A stretch of 64,000 nucleotides of DNA from Planctomycetota bacterium (GTDB lineage Bacteria; Planctomycetota; MHYJ01; JACPTZ01): the NCBI GenBank assembly GCA_016192525.1, contig JACPTZ010000154.1, positions 4,290 through 68,289 on the forward strand, in the 5' to 3' direction. Both the position numbers and the translations under genes were made by a program. How positions within the stretch are numbered: the stretch's first letter is position 1; each line of letters starts with the position of its first letter. Of this stretch, positions 25,094-32,308 are shown piece by piece. The notes beneath the pieces are model-generated. The model had not been told where the DNA came from. It did not search any database and saw only the letters and a program-made list of their open reading frames with translations.

Positions 25094-25672
25094 TCAGCCG
25101 TACGCCAGCGGGCCGGCGGCCACTCTGGCCCCGTCGCGGGAAATCAGTTCAAAGTCCGCCGGGACCCGGCGGTCGATCTCGCGTCGGCCGGTGTCCATCA
25201 GCGAGGCCTCCATCCCGCCGTGCCCGCCCACCGCGAGCGCGAGGGCGAGCGCGCCCTTCGCGCGCCGGACGCTCCAGCCGATTCTCACCGTCGGATCGAT
25301 CGCCATCTTCACCGTCTCGCCCGCCCTGACCACGATCGACGGACCGTCGCTCCCTGTGCAGGAGAGGATCCAGTCGCGACCGCCCTGCTCCCGCTCGATG
25401 ACGTAGTGACGCACGAGCCAGGTCCCGGGAGGGACCGGTCGCGTTCGGGCCCGATCCTCCTTCCCCCAGGCCAGCCTCAGTTCCACCCCCGGACGATCAC
25501 CGGACCCGGAGACGAGATCGACCAGTCCGCGATCGAACGGAGCTTCGACGAAGCCGCAGGAGTCCGCCTTCGAGGCTCCATCGCGGATCGGCGGGACGGG
25601 CCGCTGTTCGCGCAGCCACGCCGCCAGGCCGCCCCGGACTCCGCCCGACGAACCGTCGGGAGGGGCCTGCAC
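25094..25672 (-). CDS. Hypothetical protein (start uncertain)
   Basis: Long GC3-rich frame. It lies in the same frame as the upstream 70-aa ORF, separated only by TGA (25675-25673). No recognisable motifs. Confidence 0.45.
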   Translation of the reverse strand: MQAPPDGSSGGVRGGLAAWLREQRPVPPIRDGASKADSCGFVEAPFDRGLVDLVSGSGDRPGVELRLAWGKEDRARTRPVPPGTWLVRHYVIEREQGGRDWILSCTGSDGPSIVVRAGETVKMAIDPTVRIGWSVRRAKGALALALAVGGHGGMEASLMDTGRREIDRRVPADFELISRDGARVAAGPLAYG

Positions 25673-25885
25673 TCAGGAGGTGGTCTGGAGCATCTCCAGC
25701 CAGATCCGGTCGAAACGGATCGCCGGGTCGGGAACAAAGTGGCACGCGGCGCAGTTCGCCTCCCACAGCTTCGCGCCGGCCGCCCGATGTTCGGGGGAGG
25801 CCGGAGCAGTCGGGGGGGTCGATCGGCATCCGACAAGAACCGCGGCCAGAACGGCGGCCAGCAGGCACACTTCAGTACGGTTCAT
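25673..25885 (-). CDS. Small lipoprotein with CxxCH haem-c-type motif
   Basis: MNRTEVCLLAAVLAAVLVGC lipobox, and a CAACH motif. Confidence 0.45.
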   Translation of the reverse strand: MNRTEVCLLAAVLAAVLVGCRSTPPTAPASPEHRAAGAKLWEANCAACHFVPDPAIRFDRIWLEMLQTTS

Positions 25886-25901
25886 GGGAGTCTCCTGCGG
25901 A

Positions 25902-26035
25902 CTAGTGGGCCTTCAAGATTGAACTTGTGGGTGGCACGGGCGGCTTGTCCGCCCGTGCCTGCACGCTCCGAGCACGGGCAGCGAGCTGCCCGTGCCACCC
26001 GGCAACCCATAGATTCAATCTTGAAGGCCCCCTAG
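25902..26035. repeat. CTAG-bounded nested-palindrome element
   Basis: Terminal inverted repeats ctagtgggccttcaagattgaa (25902-25923) and ttcaatcttgaaggccccctag (26014-26035), 21/22 matching. Internal gggtggcacgggc...gcccgtgccaccc stem. Confidence 0.7.
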
Positions 26036-26223
26036 TGATCCGCCAACTCTAATCGTGCGGGTGGTTTGCCATCGTTGTTTCCCCCTCCCCGGGGGGAGGG
26101 GGTAGGGGGAGGGGTGCGGCCCTTCCCGGTGCCGGCGCGCGCCCACCCATCCCTGTCCTCCCCCCTTCCTCCTGCGCCCTTCGGGCTACGGAAGAAGTCC
26201 GTGAGAATCCCGGAGCAGGGCCG

Positions 26224-26625
26224 TCAGAAATTCCACTCCTCGTCCTCCACCCACCTCCTCACCCGTTCCTCGATCTCATCCCGGATCTCGCGGACCCGCT
26301 CGATCGGCTGCCCCTTCGGGTCGGACAGCGGCCAGTCCTCCCGGCGCAGACCGGGCACCGCCGGGCAGGACTCTCCGCACCCCATCGTGACGAGCACATT
26401 CATCTCCCGCGCCAGCTCCGGCGTCAGTTTCCTCGGAACCGCGCCGGAGAGATCGATCCCCCGTTCGCGCATGACTTCGACGACGACGGGATGCACCCGT
26501 TCCCCGGGTTCAGTCCCCGCCGAGACGGCCCTCGCCTTCCCGGGATCGGCCAGCGCCTTGAAGAAGGCCGCCGCCATCTGGGAGCGGCCGGCGTTGTGCA
26601 CACAGGCGAAGAGAACCGACATCAT
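26224..26625 (-). CDS. arsC: Arsenate reductase, LMW-PTPase (thioredoxin-coupled) type
   Basis: CVHNAGRSQMA (CX5R P-loop) and the downstream Cys pair in VTMGCGESCP. It overlaps the acr3 stop. Confidence 0.9.
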   Translation of the reverse strand: MMSVLFACVHNAGRSQMAAAFFKALADPGKARAVSAGTEPGERVHPVVVEVMRERGIDLSGAVPRKLTPELAREMNVLVTMGCGESCPAVPGLRREDWPLSDPKGQPIERVREIRDEIEERVRRWVEDEEWNF

Positions 26626-27704
26626 AACGTGACCCCCGGCGCCGGTTCGGGGGCGGGAAACCAGGATCGCGTCCGGTTGCAGACCGCGCAGACCGAGAGC
26701 ATGACGGGGACCTCCACCAGCACCCCCACGACGGTCGCCAGCGCGGCGCCGGAGCCCGGACCGTACAGGGCGATCGCCGTCGCGACCGCGAGTTCGAAAA
26801 AGTTGCTCGCCCCGATGAGCGCGCCGGGCGCCGCCACGGCGTACGGCACCCGCAGGACACGCATGAGTCCGTACGCGAGCGAGGAATTGAAGTAGACCTG
26901 GACGAGAATCGGGACGGCGATCAGCGCCACGTGCAGCGGCTTCCCGGTGATGTTCTCCGACTGGAAGGCGAAGATGAGGACGAGCGTGGCCAGAAGGGCC
27001 GTCAGGGTGACGGGCGCAAAGCGCGGCAGCAGGGTCTCATCAAACCAGACTCGACCCCGTCGCCGCACGAACCATGCCCGAAGGCCCGCGCCGACGGTGA
27101 GCGGGATCACAACAAACACGATCACCGAGTACAGCAGCACCTGAAAGGGAACTTCGAGCGAGGACGCCCCCTGCACGAGGAACCGGACGATCGGGGCGAA
27201 GAGGACGAGCATGATGAGGTCGTTCACGGAGACCTGCACGAGCGTGTAGGCGGGATCTCCGTCCGTGAGGTGGCTCCAGACGAAGACCATCGCCGTGCAG
27301 GGCGCGGCGGCGAGGATGATGGCCCCGGCGATGTACTGGCCGGCGTCTTCCGGGGCGATCCAGGCGGAGAAGAGGTGACGGAAGAAGAGCCAGGCGACGA
27401 AGGCCATCGAGAACGGTTTCACGAGCCAGTTCACGACGAGCGTCACCAGGAGGCCTCGGGGTCTCTTCCCCACGTCGCGGATCGAGGCGAAATCGACCTT
27501 CATCATCATCGGGACGATCATCAGCCAGATGAGGGCGGCGATGGGGAGGTTGATCTGACTCCCGGCGCCGAACTCGAGGTCCCGGAGAGCGGCCGTGACC
27601 CCCGGGACCCAGCGCCCGAGCGCCACCCCCGCGAGCATGCAGAGCGTCACCCAGAGCGTGAGGAATCGCTCGAAGAGACCGAGACGTTTGGCTGGACTAC
27701 TCAT
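26622..27704 (-). CDS. acr3: Arsenite efflux permease, ACR3 family
   Basis: MSSPAKRLGLFERFLTLWV... is a typical ACR3 N-terminus, with ~10 TM segments and an ars-operon context. I prefer the start at ATG 27704 over the track start at 27791. Confidence 0.88.
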   Translation of the reverse strand: MSSPAKRLGLFERFLTLWVTLCMLAGVALGRWVPGVTAALRDLEFGAGSQINLPIAALIWLMIVPMMMKVDFASIRDVGKRPRGLLVTLVVNWLVKPFSMAFVAWLFFRHLFSAWIAPEDAGQYIAGAIILAAAPCTAMVFVWSHLTDGDPAYTLVQVSVNDLIMLVLFAPIVRFLVQGASSLEVPFQVLLYSVIVFVVIPLTVGAGLRAWFVRRRGRVWFDETLLPRFAPVTLTALLATLVLIFAFQSENITGKPLHVALIAVPILVQVYFNSSLAYGLMRVLRVPYAVAAPGALIGASNFFELAVATAIALYGPGSGAALATVVGVLVEVPVMLSVCAVCNRTRSWFPAPEPAPGVTL

Positions 27705-28068
27705 GACCCCCCTTCCCCGGCGGACAGCATCCGCCTCCGGCGATCCGGCGGGCGCGCGCCGCATCCCGGACCAGTTCGGGCACGTCGGCAAAGCAGTCCC
27801 GCAGACAACCCAGGAGCCGGCGATGAAAGGGGCCCGCCGGCCGGGAGAGCCTGTAGTGCACCCAGAGCCCCTCCTTGCGGGCCGTCACGAGGCGCGCCCG
27901 GCGGAGGTAGGCCAGATGACGCGACACCCGCGCCTGGGGAACGGCGAGAATATCGACGAGGTCGCCCACGCAGAGTTCTCCCCGACGCAGCAGCGACAGA
28001 ATCCTCAGGCGGGTGAGATCGGCGAAGGCGCGGAAGAGACGATCGACCGGGGAGCGGGGAGTCTTCAT
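27697..28068 (-). CDS. arsR: ArsR/SmtB family metalloregulator with Cys-rich C-terminal tail
   Basis: FADLTRLRILSLL...ELCVGDLVDIL...VSRHLAYLRRARLV is an ArsR wHTH. C-terminal GGGCCPPGKGG. Confidence 0.9.
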   Translation of the reverse strand: MKTPRSPVDRLFRAFADLTRLRILSLLRRGELCVGDLVDILAVPQARVSRHLAYLRRARLVTARKEGLWVHYRLSRPAGPFHRRLLGCLRDCFADVPELVRDAARARRIAGGGCCPPGKGGHE

Positions 28069-28080
28069 ATTCGGACAGGC

Positions 28081-28108
28081 GATTATAGCGAAGACGGCCG
28101 GACCGTCA
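28081..28108 (-). promoter_or_regulatory. Promoter of arsR-acr3-arsC giving a near-leaderless transcript
   Basis: On the minus strand: TTGACG (28108-28103), a 16-nt spacer, then TATAAT (28086-28081). Only 12 nt separate the -10 box from the arsR ATG (28068). Confidence 0.55.
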
Positions 28109-28116
28109 AGGAACGG

Positions 28117-28752
28117 TCAGGGCCGGACCGCCACCCCGAGGATGTGGGGGCGCACCACGGCGAAGGGGGGAATCGGAAGGGCGAGGGAACGGTGCCGGAG
28201 TTCGCGGATCTCGAGGCCGGAGGCGCGGATGGCCGACTCCGTGTCCCGATCCGGCCGGCATCCGCCGAAGAGCCGGCGCCAGACCGGCGCGACCGCGCCC
28301 TGCAGGGCCGCCCCCGGACGGTTCCGCGCCCGCACATGCTCGATGAAGCGGAACTCCCCGCCCGACTTCAGCACGCGGACCGCCTCGCCCAGCGTCCCCG
28401 GGACATCCCCCGCGGAGCAGAGCACGAGCGTGGCCACCACGGTGTCGAAGGATCCGGCCGGAAACGGCAGCCGCTCCCCGCGAGTGAGGACCCGGAACGT
28501 CGGCGGAGCGAGGCCGCCGTCGATCGACACCCGCTCCAGCATGTGCGGGTCCGGATCCGTGGCGACGAGAACTCGCGCCGCGGTGGTGTAGTGCGCCAGA
28601 TTCGCCCCGGTCCCGACGCCGATCTCGAGGACGCGCCCGGCCGCCGAACGCAGCAATTCCCGGCGGACGCGCCTCACATAGAGGATCTCCGAAGCGCCGG
28701 TGAGAAGTCCGTAGGTAGCGGCGTACCAGGGATGGCCGGCGTCGCTACCCAC
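28117..28752 (-). CDS. Class I SAM-dependent methyltransferase
   Basis: VLEIGVGTGANL (motif I), ATDPDPHML, and FDTVVATLVLCS...RVLKSGGEFRFIEH. The start is uncertain: GTG 28752 avoids overlap with the upstream gene, while the track ATG is at 28827. Confidence 0.75.
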   Translation of the reverse strand: MGSDAGHPWYAATYGLLTGASEILYVRRVRRELLRSAAGRVLEIGVGTGANLAHYTTAARVLVATDPDPHMLERVSIDGGLAPPTFRVLTRGERLPFPAGSFDTVVATLVLCSAGDVPGTLGEAVRVLKSGGEFRFIEHVRARNRPGAALQGAVAPVWRRLFGGCRPDRDTESAIRASGLEIRELRHRSLALPIPPFAVVRPHILGVAVRP

Positions 28753-28769
28753 GGTGAACTCCTCGATCG

Positions 28770-29420
28770 CTACTTCCCGTGCCCGCAGCCCCCTCCCCCG
28801 CAGCTGCCTCCGCCGCAACTGGGGCACCCCTTGTCCTTCTGGCCCCCCTTGTCGGGACCGACCCAGGTGATCTCCTGAACGAGCCGGGTCTCCTTGACCG
28901 TGTCCCCGCTCACCGCCACCTTCACGGCCATCGTGGCGGCCTTCTCAATCTCGGCGAGGGCCACCCCCTTCGGGGACCTGGTCGTCACCATAAACCGGCC
29001 CGAACCCGGAGTCTCGACCTTCTCGACCCCGGCGACCTTCCCGATCGCCTTCTTCACGTCCGCCGTCTGATCGGCATCCAGCCCGGCGAACTCGATCTCG
29101 CACGATCCCACGAGACGGGTGGCGACGCGATCGAACTTCGCGTCCTTCCCCGCCGCCTCCTCGACGACCTTGAGCACCTGGGTGAGCGTCACTTTCGCCT
29201 CTTCTTCCACGGCGAACACGAGAGCGCCCTTCGAGAGCGTCACGTCGCGAACGCCCTCGATCTTGTCTACTTCGGCCTTCACCGCCGCCTCTTTGCCGGC
29301 CGGCAGTTTGAAGACGAGGAGGACCTTCACCGGATCGTCCTTGGCATCCACGACGGCCGGGAGCATCCCCAGCAGGACGCCCGCCAGGAGCGCGCCCCTG
29401 CCCAGACTCTTGCCACGCAT
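28770..29420 (-). CDS. Secreted protein with HMA-like (ferredoxin-fold-like) repeats and C-terminal Cys/Gly-rich tail
   Basis: SD ggaggt precedes ATG 29420. Signal peptide MRGKSLGRGALLAGVLLGMLPAVVDA. Repeated segments of the form V..VEKIEGV..V... The tail is GCPSCGGGSCGGGGCGHGK. Confidence 0.6.
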   Translation of the reverse strand: MRGKSLGRGALLAGVLLGMLPAVVDAKDDPVKVLLVFKLPAGKEAAVKAEVDKIEGVRDVTLSKGALVFAVEEEAKVTLTQVLKVVEEAAGKDAKFDRVATRLVGSCEIEFAGLDADQTADVKKAIGKVAGVEKVETPGSGRFMVTTRSPKGVALAEIEKAATMAVKVAVSGDTVKETRLVQEITWVGPDKGGQKDKGCPSCGGGSCGGGGCGHGK

Positions 29421-29579
29421 CGTCAGACCTCCATGAATGGTTGACCTGCTCGACGCCGGGGCGCACCTGTGGCGGTCAGGCCGCCCCGGCAACTCTCTCC
29501 TCCCCCTGGTCTCCCCCCGCTGCGGGGGGACAGGGAACGGCGGAAACGGGGCCAACGGCCCCGCCACTCACTACCCCCC

Positions 29580-30311
29580 TCAGCATCCCCCCTGCTTCGG
29601 AGGAGGCGCATCCTTGTCCTTCTCCACCAGAGCCATCCCGCACTTCGGACAGTCGCCGGGCTTCGCGAAGTCCCCGCCGCACATCGGGCAGGTGTACGAC
29701 TTCACCGCGGCCTCTCCCTCATCCTCGACGCCCCGGAACACGACGTCCTTCACCTCGATCTTCGCGTCCTTGAGAATCTTGCGGGCGCCGTCGAGCGTGG
29801 GAGCCTGCTCCGGGTCGAAGACGATCGAAAGCAGGGAATTGTCCTTGTCGATGCCCTCGACCTTCGAGGCCCCGTATCCCTTCACCTGTTCCAGCGCGGC
29901 GTCGAGGTGGTTCTTGCCTGCGACGGAGATCGAGGGGATCTTGAAGGCGACCCCGTCCCCGACGAGGATCGCCCCCTCGTCCACCTTGTACACCGTGCCC
30001 ATCGCCTTGCCCATCGCCTCGTTCGCCTTCGCCATCGCGTCGGCGATCGCGGACAGGTCGAGGGTGACCCCCTTCTTGACCGTGATCACGACCGTCTTGC
30101 CAGCGGCGCTGGTCGCGACGGCGACGGAGTCCGCCCCCTTCAGCTCCGCCATGGCCTTCTTCACCGCCGTGTCGCAGCAGGGCGCCGTGAGTCCGGTCAC
30201 GGGCAGTTTCACGACGCTCGCGGGCTCCTCGTCCGTGAGGTCCTCGGCCCGAAGCGTCGTGGCGCACAAGAGCGTCGCGCCCGCCAGGACCGTCCAGAAA
30301 AACGTGCGCAT
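29580..30311 (-). CDS. Secreted protein with HMA-like domains and C-terminal HMBD (CPMxx...CPxCGM) metal-binding module
   Basis: Signal peptide MRTFFWTVLAGATLLCATTLRA. VTGLTAPCCDTAVKKAM is a variant of the GMTCxxC HMA site. C-terminal YTCPMCGGDFAKPGDCPKCGMALVEK. The protein ends QGGC. Confidence 0.65.
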   Translation of the reverse strand: MRTFFWTVLAGATLLCATTLRAEDLTDEEPASVVKLPVTGLTAPCCDTAVKKAMAELKGADSVAVATSAAGKTVVITVKKGVTLDLSAIADAMAKANEAMGKAMGTVYKVDEGAILVGDGVAFKIPSISVAGKNHLDAALEQVKGYGASKVEGIDKDNSLLSIVFDPEQAPTLDGARKILKDAKIEVKDVVFRGVEDEGEAAVKSYTCPMCGGDFAKPGDCPKCGMALVEKDKDAPPPKQGGC

Positions 30312-30503
30312 CGGAATCTCCTTCTCACTTGGCCCCTCGGGCAGAGTACCGTGGGGCAGTCTCGGAGAAAACTCACAGGGGACGGACTTCAGTTCGCCCC
30401 GTTCTTCACATGCCCCGTGAAAAGGGGCGATAATCGCGGTCGAGGGTGTGAGGCGTCACCTCCTTTCGGCAATGCTCGATTTGAAGAACTCCCGGCTCCA
30501 CCC

Positions 30504-30788
30504 TCACTTCTTTTCGACGAGCGCCATCCCGCAGATCGGGCAGTGGCCCGGAGCGGCCGCCCTCACCTGCGGATGCATCGAGCAGGTGTAGGCCACCGCC
30601 GACGTGTCCGGCCCGGACGTGGGCGCGTGCGCCGGCGAACTCGATCCGCACGACGGTCCGCCTCCGCACCCGCCGCACCCTCCCCCGCCACGCCCACCGC
30701 CGTGCGACCCCATGCACCCGCCGAGAAGCAGAATCGCTCCAGCGGCGAGCCCCGTCAAGCAAACGCCCCACTGGATCTTCCATTCCAT
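30504..30788 (-). CDS. Small lipoprotein: Gly/Cys-rich linker plus HMBD module
   Basis: LLLGGC lipobox. GGGRGGGGCGGCGGGPSCG linker. YTCSMHPQVRAAAPGHCPICGMALVEKK. Confidence 0.6.
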   Translation of the reverse strand: MEWKIQWGVCLTGLAAGAILLLGGCMGSHGGGRGGGGCGGCGGGPSCGSSSPAHAPTSGPDTSAVAYTCSMHPQVRAAAPGHCPICGMALVEKK

Positions 30789-30950
30789 GCGAGCCTCCTT
30801 TTATACGGGGCCGTTTCCGGAGGACCCCGGCTCCGGACCGCTCGCGCGGTCTACCCGTAAGAGTGATCCAGACGCGCGTGAGAGGCCCGCCACAGCGCTC
30901 CATCAGAGCGATCAGCGGGACAACACGGGCAGGAATCAACGTCTGGCCGA

Positions 30951-31769
30951 TCACCTCCTCTCTGCGCCGGTTCGGCGCGCCTCAAGGCCCGTTCCGGCAG
31001 GCGAACCCCCGCAGGGGCGGCCCCCGGGGCCGCCCGCCTCTGTACCGGCTGAACCGCGGGACAGGGGGACAAGGGCACCTGTCCGCCCCGCCACACGGAT
31101 GGCGGGCAGGCATCTGTGCGGCGTCAGCCCCGCCCCTGCATGGCGCCCACCGAGACAGGTTCTTTGAAAGACCAGGAAGTAGTGCCTCCAGAGCGAATCG
31201 TGATCGGCGACCAGGGCGTACCCCGCGGCCTCCATCTCCCGCACAATCTCCTCCTTGGGCATCGTGTGCCCCAGAAGCCGCAGCACCCACTGGTCCTGCT
31301 TGAAGTCGATGATGGCCACCCGTCCTCCGTCTCGGAGGTACTTCGCGGCATTCTTGAAGTAAGTCTCGCGATCCTCAATGTGATGATAGGTGTCGCAGAC
31401 GAAGATGAGATCGACGCCTTCGCCCGGAATGAGCGGATCCTCATACTTGGCGTCGATGACCTCGATGTTCGCAGATCGCTTCTCGGCGACCTTCGCTCGC
31501 AGGTATTCGTTCATCGACTTGTCCACGTCGGCCGCGAACACCTGCCCCTCCGGCCCTACGGCGTCCGCCAGGCGAAAGGTGAAGTAGCCGCTCCCCGCGC
31601 CGAGATCGGCGACGCGCTGGCCCGGTCGGATCTCGAGGGTCTGGACGACAAGGTCCGGCTTCTGCCAGCGGTCCCGGTTGAAGCCCTCGTAGGTCAGACG
31701 CCGGAGCGTCGTGCATCCAGGGGCGGCAAGGGCGATGAAGAGGATGGGCGCCGCCGCGCGGAAGCTCAT
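30951..31769 (-). CDS. Class I SAM-dependent methyltransferase with lipoprotein-like N-terminus and ~70-aa repeat-derived C-terminal extension
   Basis: MSFRAAAPILFIALAAPGC. VADLGAGSGYFTFRLA (motif I). DLIFVCDTYHHI...LRDGGRVAIIDF. The C-terminal 69 aa (30951-31160) are Gly/Arg/Pro-rich and encoded by palindrome-rich DNA. Confidence 0.7.
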   Translation of the reverse strand: MSFRAAAPILFIALAAPGCTTLRRLTYEGFNRDRWQKPDLVVQTLEIRPGQRVADLGAGSGYFTFRLADAVGPEGQVFAADVDKSMNEYLRAKVAEKRSANIEVIDAKYEDPLIPGEGVDLIFVCDTYHHIEDRETYFKNAAKYLRDGGRVAIIDFKQDQWVLRLLGHTMPKEEIVREMEAAGYALVADHDSLWRHYFLVFQRTCLGGRHAGAGLTPHRCLPAIRVAGRTGALVPLSRGSAGTEAGGPGGRPCGGSPAGTGLEARRTGAERR

Positions 31770-31915
31770 CCGATGGGGTCTTCTCACGGGCTCACTCCTC
31801 TCCGACACCGCACCTCTCCTCCGACACCTTCAAGAATCGACCGTGAGATTGACAATCCCGGGATCGCGGTGATATCGTGCTTGTGGTCCACGCCTGACAC
31901 CTCGAAGGGTCTCGA

Positions 31916-32299
31916 ATGGGCACGTTTCGAATCGATGGCGAAATCCTCTCCACGGCCCCCAAGGCGGCTCCAAACGCCGTCCCGCAAATGCTCGTGGATT
32001 GCGGATCCGAATTCACCTGGGTCCCGGAGCCGATTCTCAGGAAGGCCGGAGTCCGGGTCGTCAAGAAGGACCTTGCCTTTTCGATGGCGAACGGCCAGAC
32101 CGTCACGCGCTCCGCCGGATACGCGATCCTCCGGGCCGGCGGGTTCGAGACGGTGGACGAGGTCGTCTTCGCCCAGCCGGGCGACCTTACGCTCCTCGGG
32201 GCCCGCACCCTGGAGGGGTTTGGAGCCAACGTCGATGCCCGGCGCCGGCGACTGGTCGCCTCCGGACCCCACATCGCCGCCTCAGGCCGTGACTCCTGA
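31916..32299 (+). CDS. Retropepsin-like (clan AA) aspartic protease family protein
   Basis: QMLVDCGSEFTWVP is a variant of the DTGA active-site loop. C-terminal LTLLGARTLEGFGANVDARRRRL matches the lLGxdxLxxxxxxvD pattern. It is the only plus-strand gene inside the metal block. Confidence 0.5.
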   Translation: MGTFRIDGEILSTAPKAAPNAVPQMLVDCGSEFTWVPEPILRKAGVRVVKKDLAFSMANGQTVTRSAGYAILRAGGFETVDEVVFAQPGDLTLLGARTLEGFGANVDARRRRLVASGPHIAASGRDS

Positions 32300-32308
32300 C
32301 CCTTCATC

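Noticed and set aside
25640-25675. An in-frame TGA (25675-25673) joins the CxxCH lipoprotein ORF to the downstream 192-aa ORF. A hairpin cccgacg-gtt-cgtcggg starts about 12 nt after the TGA, which could indicate selenocysteine recoding or readthrough.
   Set aside because: The UGA is not within any redox-type motif (context TTS-TGA-VQA). GC-rich hairpins are ubiquitous in this sequence. No sel genes are visible. Two adjacent genes or a simple pseudogene junction are more parsimonious. It would only be worth revisiting if homologues show Cys or Sec at this position.
26066-26632. A 188-aa plus-strand ORF spans the G-rich tract and arsC.
   Set aside because: It is antisense to the motif-perfect arsC and begins in non-coding repeat DNA. 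The translation is low complexity.
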